Source of the DNA: Eledone cirrhosa
Lineage: Eukaryota
Reading direction: 5' to 3'
Assembly: GCA_964016885.1 (NCBI GenBank)
Contig: OZ024763.1
Coordinates: 15,066,001 to 15,130,000, forward strand
DNA: 64,000 nt
The notes beneath the pieces were generated by a model. It was not told the DNA's origin and did not search any database. It saw nothing but the letters and a program-made list of their open reading frames with translations. Of this stretch, positions 53,722 through 64,000 are shown piece after piece (positions within the stretch are counted from its first letter, which is position 1; the number at the start of each line of letters is the position of its first letter). The translations under genes were made by a program, and so were the position numbers.

Positions 53722-54140
53722 TAGATAGATATATATATCATAGCAATGAGAGAAGGCACATAATAAATTATGTCAGATAATAGGGGATATATATATATGG
53801 TGGTGATATATATATATGTATATGTATATAATACACACACACATATGTATGTATGTGTGTATATATATCATCATCATCATCATTTCATTTTACGTCCACT
53901 TTTTCCCTGCTTGCAAGGGTGGGACGGGAACTGATTCTGGCTTGATTTCTACAGCTGGATGCCCTTCCTAACACCAACCTCATTTACAGTGAGTGCTGGG
54001 TGCTTTTTTGCCGTGGCACCTCCACGACCACTTTACAGTGGAATGATAGGGACCCCAGTCCCTATCATCTAATTTCTACAGCTGAGTAAACTGGAGCAAT
54101 GTGAAATAAAGTGTCTTGCTCAAGGAAACAACACATCACC
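53245..54140. repeat. ~460-bp tandem duplication including a SINE
   Basis: catagcaatgagagaaggcacataat..ggaaacaacacatcac occurs at ~53276-53677 and ~53739-54139. Confidence 0.85.
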
Positions 54141-54209
54141 CGGTCTGAGAATTGAACTCACAACCTTTCGATTGCAAGGCCAATGCTCTAACCACTAAGC
54201 CATGTGCCT

Positions 54210-54347
<138 letters not shown>

Positions 54348-54475
54348 TCATCATCATCATCGTTTAACGTCTATCTTCCACGCTAGCATGGGTTTAGACG
54401 GGAATTGTCCCACTTGAGGCAAGATTGGTTGTCTTACTCGTATAGGACTGTCTGGCAGGTTTTCTATATATAAAC

Positions 54476-54510
<35 letters not shown>

Positions 54511-54525
54511 AACATATATATATAT

Positions 54526-54582
<57 letters not shown>

Positions 54583-54585
<3 letters not shown>

Positions 54586-54820
54586 AGGGGGTGTAACTTG
54601 GAGTTACTGCAGCTTCACCCGGGAGAGCACTCAATGTTTAGGTTCACTTCTGTGATGAGGTGTAGAGCTAGACAGAGTGTAAAGGGTCCGTTGAGCTGCC
54701 GATCATTGAGTCGAGTAAGATCGATACAGATCGAACCTTGAGCTGATCAGTGGTGAAACACGTGTCACCAACCGATAAATGTAATGAAGGAGTAACCAAT
54801 CGTCCTTGTTATCTTTTCAC
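54583..54820. mobile_element. Penelope-like island: minus-strand tail (ttgagtgctc) plus degenerate plus-strand hammerhead (54690-54772)
   Basis: CUGCCGA-[cattga..tcagtg]-GAAA-CACGUG-UC|ACCAAC; (TA)n on both sides. Confidence 0.5.
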
Positions 54821-54855
<35 letters not shown>

Positions 54856-54933
54856 GAATAATTATGTGTACACACACACACACACATATATATATACACA
54901 CACACACGAATAATTATGTGTACACACACACAC

Positions 54934-54965
<32 letters not shown>

Positions 54966-54979
54966 GAATAATTATGTGT

Positions 54980-55024
<45 letters not shown>

Positions 55025-55053
55025 AAAGAATAGAGGTGTAACACACAAGTTAT

Positions 55054-55423
55054 TATATATTGGTAAACGGAATAGAAAATTCTGACAAATTGTTCACAGT
55101 TGAAAAATGGTTTAATTAGGAATAAAAGAGTATTAGTGATTGTATGGGTTAGTATTCAGTTGTGGTTTTAAGTTTTTAAGTTTTTACCGGTTGCGCATTT
55201 CTAAATGCTTTTCAAAATAGAGTGTCCGTGCTGTTTGCTCTGATCAGAGCAAACAGCACGGACACTCTATTTTGAAAAGCATTTAGAAATGCGCAACCGG
55301 TAAAAACTTAAAAACTTAAAACCACAACTGAATACTAACCCATACAATCACTAATACTCTTTTATTCCTAATTAAACCATTTTTCAACTGTGAACAATTT
55401 GTCAGAATTTTCTATTCCGTTTA

Positions 55424-55433
<10 letters not shown>
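55054..55433. repeat. 380-bp spacer-less palindrome with a 33-nt left extension
   Basis: Centre ctctga|tcagag at 55243/55244; arms appear perfectly complementary. Confidence 0.9.
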
Positions 55434-55468
<35 letters not shown>

Positions 55469-56079
55469 GCCTGTGTGTGTCTGTGTGCAAATTAATCAGT
55501 AAATCGAACTGATTAAAGAAAACATTTGTAAAACAAAATTCTTAATCAATGATAACCTCTCTTAAGTTGCTTCCCATCTCTTCAAATTGAAGACAGGAAA
55601 TATTCAACAAAAACTGAGCTTTAATTAAAATTTCAGGCATGGCGAGAAGCTTACACTCATATACTTTCGTTCTAATTTGTTCAGAAAATAAGTTCTATCA
55701 AATTATTTCTCATAAATAACAAAACACGCCATTATCAACAAATAGTTTTGTCTTTCTTATGGTGAGTTTATTGGAACTGGAAGCAGACGCTAGCTTGGCG
55801 ATGACGTCACCTGCTTTTGTCCAATCAGCAACCAAAGCTTCAGTGACGTCGTAAGGGATATCTCCCAAGGCTGCTATTGTTCATGGTCGTAACATTGACC
55901 AGACCGAGGGCTAAAATGAATTTCTCTGGGGGAAAAGTCCTATAAAACTTCTATATTAAAGTGAAAGTTAAAAAAAAAACAGGTGTACCGGATGTTGGAT
56001 GCTTTGATGAAACTATTGTAGTGAAGAAGTGAATTAAAAAGAAAATAACTATGTGTGTTTGTATATAAGCACACACACA

Positions 56080-56384
56080 TATATATCTAAAACAGAGAAT
56101 GTCTGTCTGTCTCCCTAAAATTCGAGAACCACCCAACCAATTTTTTTTCAAACTTTACACATGTAATACTTATGGTCGTGTGAGTGTTTTGAGCAAAAAA
56201 TATTTCAAATTTTCAATGCCATAAGGACTGCATTAGGCGCCGGTTAGCGATCTCTCTCTCTTTCTTAGTCTGTCTTTTTAGATAGATACATAGCTATAAC
56301 GTCGCACCCTTATAATATCTGTCTGTATGTCTGCATTACGACATTATGAAAACATTGACTTCGCTATCTGTGTGTGAGTGTGTA

Positions 56385-56421
<37 letters not shown>

Positions 56422-56440
56422 TGTGTGTGTGTATATATAT

Positions 56441-56476
<36 letters not shown>

Positions 56477-56862
56477 TGTAACGTTATTCGAAATATTTAC
56501 TTCTGCGTTCACAGATTGATTTTTTAGTTTCAGAAGATCCCGTTAATGGTGAAAGCAGCGATTCTTTGCTTAAACTTTAATCTGGTATTTTAATATATAT
56601 ATATATATATATCTATAATTATATATTCGTGTACAGATATTTTTGCATACACAATAACAAAATATAAACAACCGTATTTATTTCACGATAAAGTATTGAT
56701 TTTCTTCGCACGGGAAAAAAACCCTGGTAATCTACGACGAATTGTTTTTATAAGCACAAGGTATTCCGAGGTATTCCGTACTTCTCTGTACTGTTTCAGA
56801 AAGGAGGGATAAACATGCCAATCTATGTTTAGAACCCGAGCAACGCCGGGCCATTCTGCTAG
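56080..56862 (+). mobile_element. Non-autonomous Helitron-like element
   Basis: 3' hairpin cccg-agcaacgc-cggg, then ccattctg-CTAG|t; 5' (ta)-aaaacagagaatgtctgtctgtc subterminal repeats. Confidence 0.65.
56526..56576 (+). ncRNA. Type I hammerhead with a core mutation (CAGAAGA)
   Basis: AGUUU-C(A)GAAGA-uCC cguuaau GGu-GAAA-GCA gcgauucuu UGC-UU|AAACU. Confidence 0.6.
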
Positions 56863-57299
56863 TATATATATATATGTAAAAGGTAAACAGAAATAACAAC
56901 ACAATCGGTACAGTATATGGAAAGGATATATTAGGTATATATTAGGTTAACGCTTGATATAGCAGGAAGAAGATATATATAATAGAAAAAAAACTGAAGA
57001 AGTTTCATTTACATATAAAAAATATTTACTGCGTACCGACCCATTATATAACAAAATTTAATGTAAAAATGGCTTCTACAGCACTAATGTATTGAGTACC
57101 TTACTTACTGTTGTTACGCCCACCCAACACCCCGTGTGTGTGTAAACCCTTGTTAAAATATACGTGAATTATCAGATTTAGCCATTTCTTTAAGACAACT
57201 AAAACGGTAATGTCTCTTTGCTTTTAAGACAGTGGTGTGCAATTTGGAGTAGATCTGACTGATGTTTCTAGCATATTGAGTGACAGCATAAGAGACCCC

Positions 57300-58326
57300 C
57301 CTCGATTCTAACATAAGACCGTAAGGTGTGATTTCAGTGCAATTTGGCTGTTATTTCTACCATGTCTGGATATATAAGACAGTAGGGTGTGGTTTGAGGG
57401 AGATTTGGCTGCTATTTCTGCCATGTCAATATTAGACAGTAAGATGTGATTTGAGGGAGATTTGGCTGCTATTTCTGCCATGTTTAGATATATAAGACAG
57501 TAAGGTGTGATTTGAGGGAGATTTAGCTGCTATGTCTACCATATCTAGATATATAATATAGTAGGGTGTGATTTCACCTTTTAACATTCACATTACTCTT
57601 TATATACTATTGTATTTTTGTGGTAAAGGCTTTATCTTACATAATTATCTCCCATATTATTGAATCTATGAGATTTTGATATTTAATATGAGAACAATAG
57701 CTTGACATACATATGAACGGCCATTTATGGCCTGTTTAAACAGAAAGAGGTGAAAGAATTTTGGCCAGATATGGCCGGTTTAAATGCTAAAGGGTTATGA
57801 GAGATTTGGCTGCTATTTTTACCATGTCTAGCTATATAAGACAGTGAGGTGTGATTTGAGGGAGATTTGGCTCCTATTTCTACCATGTCAAGATATATAA
57901 GACAGTAAGGTGTGATTTCAGGGAAATTTGGCTGCTATTTCTACCATGTCTAGATATATAAGACAGTAGGGTGTGATTTGAGGGAGATTTGGCTGCTATT
58001 TCTACCATGTCTAGATATATAAGACAGTAAGGTGTGATTTGAGGGAGATTTGGCTGCTATTTCTACCATGTTTAGATATATAAGACAGTAGGGTGTGATT
58101 TGAGGGAGATTTGGCTGTTATTTCTACCATGGCTAGATATATAAGACAGTAGGGTGTGATTTGAGGGAGATTTGGCTGCTATTTCTACCATGTTTAGATA
58201 TATAAGACAGTAGGGTGTGATTTGAGGGAGATTTGGCTGCTATTTCTACCATGGCTAGATATATAAGACTGTAGGGTGTGATTTGAGGGAGATTTGGCTG
58301 CTATTTCTACCATGTTTAGATATATA
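57300..58326. repeat. 61-bp minisatellite interrupted by a piggyBac-like MITE (57577-57797)
   Basis: agacagtagggtgtgatttgagggagatttggctgctatttctaccatg at 57961, 58022, 58083 and 58144. Confidence 0.9.
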
Positions 58327-58394
58327 ACTCAGTAAAGATGTACCCAGTTAAATAAAACAAAATTTGAAACCCAGAGAGCCTCACAGAGAGGGAA

Positions 58395-58437
58395 AGTGTG
58401 AGTGTGTGTGCCTGTGAGTGTGTGTGTGTGTGTGCCG

Positions 58438-58468
<31 letters not shown>

Positions 58469-59390
58469 CCTGTGAGTGTGTGTGTGCCTGTGAGTGTGTG
58501 TGTGTGTGTGTGTGTGCCTGGGAGTGTGTGTGTGTGTGTGCTTGGGAGTGTGTGCTTGTGAGTGTGTGTGTGTGTGTGCATGTGTGTGTGTGTGCATGTG
58601 TGTGCCTGTGAGTGTGTGTGTGTCTGTGAGTGCCTGTGTGAGTGTGTGTGCCTGTGTGAGTGTGTGTGCCTGTGTGAGTATGTGTGTGCGTGTGCGCCTG
58701 TGAGTGTGTGTGCGTATGCCTATGAGTGTGTGTGTGTGTTTGCATGTGAGTGCGTGTTTGCATGTGAGTGCATGTGTGCGTGTGTGCTTGTGAGTGTGTG
58801 TGCGTGTGTGTGTGTGTGCCTGTGAGTGTGTGTGTGCCTGTGAGTGTGTGTGTGTGTGTGTGTGTGCCTGGGAGTGTGTGTGTGTGTGTGCTTGGGAGTG
58901 TGTGTGTGTGTGTGCCTGTGAGTGTGTGCTTGTGAGTGTGTGTGTGTGTGTGTGCATGTGTGTGTGTGTGCATGTGTGTGCCTGTGAGTGTGTGTGTGTC
59001 TGTGAGTGCCTGTGTGAGTGTGTGTGCCTGTGTGAGTGTGTGTGCCTGTGTGAGTATGTGTGTGCGTGTGCGCCTGTGAGTGTGTGTGCGTATGCCTATG
59101 AGTGTGTGTGTGTGTTTGCATGTGAGTGCGTGTTTGCATGTGAGTGCATGTGTGCGTGTGTGCTTGTGAGTGTGTGTGCACGTGTGCCTGTGAGTGTGTG
59201 TGTGTGTGTGCCTGCGAGTGTCTGTGTGTGCCTGTGAGTGTGCGTGTGCCTGTGCGTGCCTGTGAGTGTGTGTGTGTGCCTGTGTGTGTGCCTGTGAGTG
59301 TGTGTGTGTGCCTGTGCGTGCCTGTGAGTGTGTGTGTGTGCCTGTGTGTGTGCCTGTGTGTGTGCCTGTGTGTGCCTGTGTGTGTGGTGT
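58395..59390. repeat. (TG)n compound repeat with internal duplication
   Basis: Direct inspection. Confidence 0.9.
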
Positions 59391-60339
59391 GAGGTTGGTA
59401 CTAAGATGGTATTGGTAAATATTGGTAGATCTGACAATACTTCTCACAGAAAAACAAACAAAAACAAAACAATTCTTTAGGTCAAGGATTCCAGTGGAGC
59501 AGTGTGTGGTGGGTGGGGGATAACCCAAGTAAATATTGATTATTAAACTAAATATTGGTTATTTATCTAAACCTAAACAACTCATTGATTACACAATTGT
59601 TTACTGGTGTCACATGATACATACACATACACATATACATATATACATACATATATATATAGATATACAAACACATATACATGGGTTTCCATCTAACCCA
59701 TGCTAGCATGAAAGATAGACGTCAAACGATGATGATGATGATATATATATATGTATGTATATACATATATACATATATATATATATACACATATATATAT
59801 ATATATATATAGATATATATAGACATATGGTGGCTGCCAACTCGTTTTCGTGTACGGCCACTACTTTATATCCATGTAGGAGAACCCCTACCGATGCGCT
59901 GAACGAGTGTGGCTTTTTAGTCCAGCCAGCGACTTGAAAACTCTGGTACAAACACTACACTTGTGACAATTACTGACACATAGTGCTGGGCCCTTGGTAC
60001 CATGTGACAACAAGTGCAGAGAGATCTCCAGATATAAAGCAATGCCTGTGCCGTGAAGCTTTTATAGTGAGCAAAGGCACTGCACAAAGTCAGTCCCACT
60101 CTCTTAACCAAGATGATATTTACCAAAAAGAAGAACAAGTCAACATCATTGGATACCATCAGGGTTGCAGGTGTTATATCAGAGTTTTCCTTCTTGTCAA
60201 AGGCTAAGGGGTCATCTCTCCCGGTGATTTTGGATGGCCATTGCCTCTTAAGAGTTCCTTTGCCCTTTGACAGGTTTTGTTTTTAGTCCTGCAGGATGTC
60301 CAAAGTCACCCTCCTCACCAAGAAACCTTGGTGGGGTTG

Positions 60340-60427
60340 CCAGTTTAGTCGCCAACGACCCGACCATGTGACAGGTTGTACTGGGATACATGTTACCAGT
60401 AGCACCAACTGGTGACCCGACATAGAC
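60340..60427 (-). ncRNA. HDV-like ribozyme candidate (P3/L3 degenerate) at an element 5' end
   Basis: P1 GUCUAUG/CAUGGUC, J1/2 hairpin ACCAGU/ACUGGU, P2 CCAGU/ACUGG, CC/GG P1.1, P4 GUCG uugg CGAC, C-UAA junction. Confidence 0.5.
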
Positions 60428-60900
60428 ATATACATACATACATACATACATACATATTTTTTATTCATCACTGTTTTACGTCCATTCTTCCACGCTAGCA
60501 TGGGTTAGACAGGTTGTCACGTTGTGGGCAGTGACCGGTCGGGTAACCTTGTCTTGCTCATACGGGAACTGATTCTGTCTTGATTTCTACGGCCGGATGC
60601 CCTTCCTAACACCAACTTCATTTACAGTGAGTGCTGGGGGATTTTTTCCGTGGCACCTACACGTCCACTTTACAGTGTGGGCTGGGTGCTTTTTTGCTGT
60701 GGCACCTCCACGACCACCTTGCAGTGGGAGGGTGTGGGAGCATATTGTCTATATGCTTCAGCTTCGGCTTGAACCCGTGGGGGGGGAGGTCTTCTGTATT
60801 ACTGCGTGACACCAGAGGTCACGGTCCTGTGTCATCGCCTTTGAGAGGTGCAATTGGGTAAGGTTGGCTTTTATCATTCATATATATATATATATATATT

Positions 60901-61090
60901 TTATTTTATAGAAGGAGCTTCTACAGGACTAGTACTGTTTCATTCAGATGAAATCTTCCTGAAGATTTCATCTGAATGAAACAGTACTAGTCCTGTAGAA
61001 GCTCCTTCTATAAAATAACAAATTTTTACTCTGCCATGTATTGAGTACCTTACTTACTGTGGTTATCCCCGACTCAACCCGGGACCTATG
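60901..61090 (+). mobile_element. Fold-back Penelope-like end folding at a hammerhead core
   Basis: 58-bp arms with a 2-nt spacer; CUGAAGA-uUUCA uc UGAAu-GAAA-CAG-UA|CUAG starts at 60959. Tail tgtattgagtaccttacttactgt is shared with 57088-57112. Confidence 0.65.
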
Positions 61091-61246
61091 TATATATATA
61101 TATATATAAAGAATGAAGAGTAACATGGTTGGCTGTACAATAAGGGGGTTTATTTAAAGTACTGACAATTGTTTCGTTGATCAGTCTTGGCAGCCAAGAC
61201 TGGAATTGAACCATCAGCACAGTTGAGGTATGTCCGACATCAATTT

Positions 61247-61318
61247 ATATATTTTATCTGATGAGGACGTACTGAGGAAACAGCACAGTTCCTCTGAAAT
61301 ATATATAATAAAATATAT
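61247..61318 (+). ncRNA. Type I hammerhead ribozyme, 11-bp helix I, (UA)n helix III
   Basis: AUAUAUUUUAU-CUGAUGA-GGA..ACUG..CAGU UCC ucu-GAAA-UAUAUA-UA|AUAAAAUAUAU. Confidence 0.65.
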
Positions 61319-61454
61319 TTGATTACATGAATGTCTATATTTATTAATATTTTGAATTAATATTAATAACTCCAGAAAACTTCTTTGTTGAGTGCTTCTA
61401 ATCTGTTGTAAAACTATATTCATTGATTAATCAATGAACCTTGTTTAACTTTTG

Positions 61455-61488
<34 letters not shown>

Positions 61489-61516
61489 GTGGTTACACAA
61501 CAGTTAGTTCACCATA

Positions 61517-61556
61517 CCGAGAACAATTGTTTCACCTTAGCGGATCCTCAGCTCGG
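61517..61556 (-). ncRNA. Minimal type I hammerhead ribozyme
   Basis: CCGAG-CUGAGGA-uCC gcuaa GGu-GAAA-CAAUUG-UU|CUCGG. Confidence 0.8.
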
Positions 61557-61846
61557 GATGTGTATGGTAACAGGAAGGACAACCATATGAACGCGCATGC
61601 GCAGAAACACGAGAAATGAATTTTTCACACGTTGTCCACACGTCGCCAAACACCTATTGCATAACTACAAGGCTCCGGACTGATTCTTTGTAATCTTATT
61701 TTCAACTAAAAACTTTTGGGACTTTCGCAGTTATCTCCCTTACACCTATCACACGCATTCTAGTATTGCCTGTGTGAAGTGACCGGGTTTCTGCGCATGC
61801 GCGTTTGTACGGTTGTCATTCCTGTTCCTATAACCACACACATCCC

Positions 61847-61882
61847 GAGCTGAGGATCCGCGAAGGTGAAACAATTGTTCTC
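61847..61882 (+). ncRNA. Minimal type I hammerhead ribozyme
   Basis: GAG-CUGAGGA-uCC gcgaa GGu-GAAA-CAAUUG-UU|CUC; palindromic ACAAUUGU helix III. Confidence 0.8.
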
Positions 61883-61981
61883 TGTATGGTGAACTAACTG
61901 TTGTGTAACCACTTCTACCTAACTCGTCCCATGGACTGAGTGCTCTACCTATACGTATATTACCTTCCAGTGTTCTACCAC

Positions 61982-62067
<86 letters not shown>

Positions 62068-62563
62068 CAAAAAAAAAGTTGTATGTATATCATCATCATC
62101 ATTAGCGCCGTGTTATGCCCATTCTTCTACACTAGCATGGGTTAGACGGGTTGTCCTGTTGAGAGCAATGCCAGGTCAGGTTACCATATCTTGCTCGTGT
62201 TTTTGACTTGATTTCTAAAGCTGGATGCACTTCCCAACACCATACAAACATACACATAAACATACAGATGTACATATATATATAACAGAACTGTGCAGTT
62301 TTGTCAGAGGCATGACAGCCTCTCACATGTTGGTAAGGTACGCAATAAACACACCCAGTACACTCTGCAAAATGGCTGGCGACAGGACGGGCCACCTGGC
62401 AATCAAACAAAAGGTTGGGAGGAAGGACTCTTCAGCTGCCCTATCGGACAAGACAGACTCACTCACCACATAGATTTAACATGCTGCTGGCATGGGTGAC
62501 ATAAGTTGTCCTGTTGTGAGACGAGTTAGATCACGTGACTTGGGCTTGATCATACATATACGC

Positions 62564-62628
<65 letters not shown>

Positions 62629-62736
62629 CGTGCGTGTGTGTGTGTGCGCGGGTGTGCGTGTGTGTATAACTTTGAGAGTTTTCGACCAGGCCGTGTCTAA
62701 CTTAATAGCACCACCTGGCATATATATATATATGTA

Positions 62737-62790
<54 letters not shown>

Positions 62791-62839
62791 CATACATGCG
62801 AATATATATATATATAAATATATATATATACATACATAC

Positions 62840-62884
<45 letters not shown>

Positions 62885-62889
62885 CATAC

Positions 62890-62946
<57 letters not shown>

Positions 62947-62985
62947 CATACGAATATATATATATAAATATATATATATAAATAC

Positions 62986-63338
62986 ATGGAAAGTTATATT
63001 TAAATTGTTGGGTTACAACGAGTAAATATTTATAACTGATATAAAAGCACTCAACAATTATTTGGAGTATATTTACGATATTAAATAAATGGAAATTATA
63101 TTTATAAAACCATATCTATTTCATTATATATATTTCAGGGATATCATATTAAAAATAGGTTATGCCTTCTTCAGACAAAATACAATATAAACAGTCTTAT
63201 AAATCTATCTATTTATAAAACTGTTTATATTGTATTTTGTCTGAAGAAGGCATAACATTTTTAATATGATATCCCTGAAATATATATAATGAAATAGATA
63301 TGGTTTTATAAATATAATTTCCATTTATTTAATATCGT
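62986..63338 (-). mobile_element. Fold-back Penelope-like end with hammerheads at 63117-63182(-) and 63233-63296(+)
   Basis: Same family as 26913-27292; core CUGAAGA. Confidence 0.75.
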
Positions 63339-63449
63339 ATATATAAATATATATATATACATATATATATACATACATACGAATATATATATATATATAG
63401 TGTTATACTTGGGGAGGGTCATATTTGTGTAATATTGCAAGAATTAATA

Positions 63450-63468
63450 TATATATACAAATATATAT

Positions 63469-63515
<47 letters not shown>

Positions 63516-63518
63516 AAT

Positions 63519-63567
<49 letters not shown>

Positions 63568-63570
63568 AAT

Positions 63571-63609
<39 letters not shown>

Positions 63610-63612
63610 AAT

Positions 63613-63651
<39 letters not shown>

Positions 63652-63654
63652 AAT

Positions 63655-63691
<37 letters not shown>

Positions 63692-63694
63692 AAT

Positions 63695-63763
<69 letters not shown>

Positions 63764-63934
63764 AATACAAATATATATATATATATATACAAATATATAT
63801 ATATATACAAATATATATATAAATACAAATATATATATATATATATATATACACAAATATATATATATATATATATATATACACAAATATATATATATAT
63901 ATATATATACACACAAATATATATATATATATAC

Positions 63935-63981
<47 letters not shown>

Positions 63982-64000
63982 TATATATATATATATATAT
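63450..64000. repeat. (TA)n with periodic CAAA interruptions
   Basis: Direct inspection. Confidence 0.95.

Larger units (their letters stand above)
61485..61982 (+). mobile_element. Fold-back Penelope-like element with inverted pseudo-LTR arms and a tail
   Basis: 61485-61608 is inverted at 61788-61917 (diverged), with a ~180-bp spacer and a 65-nt tail containing ctgagtgctc. Confidence 0.75.

Noticed and set aside
55997-56035. UUGAUGA-a-ACUA uug UAGU-GAAG hammerhead-like motif
   Set aside because: Two core deviations and no helix I.

Overview
Repeat-saturated, AT-rich metazoan DNA. The SINE/LINE repertoire and the (TA)n, (TATG)n and (CA)n load suggest a mollusc, probably an octopus-type cephalopod (inference). 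No complete host gene is present; the only host-coding candidate is one 85-codon first exon on the minus strand (27405-27659). Recognisable non-LTR retrotransposon remnants are: a 2-kb open RTE ORF with a PHD-like zinc finger inside the RT region, CRE-like elements with a restriction-like endonuclease, CR1 and L1/Tx1. There are also tRNA-derived SINEs, piggyBac-, mariner-, hAT- and Helitron-type non-autonomous elements, and minisatellites born from TE pieces. The most striking signal is at the RNA level. The short unique-looking islands between (TA)n tracts are ends of many unrelated small retroelements. About ten carry recognisable type I hammerhead ribozyme folds and several more are degenerate. 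They form fold-back duplications whose short arm ends at a family-specific nucleotide, and they share a GAG(T/C)(G/A)C motif about 40-65 nt before the (TA)n junction. This fits Penelope-like/retrozyme-like elements targeting TA microsatellites. A separate HDV-like ribozyme candidate marks the exact 5' end of another insertion. All RNA folds were assigned by eye; none was computed or tested.
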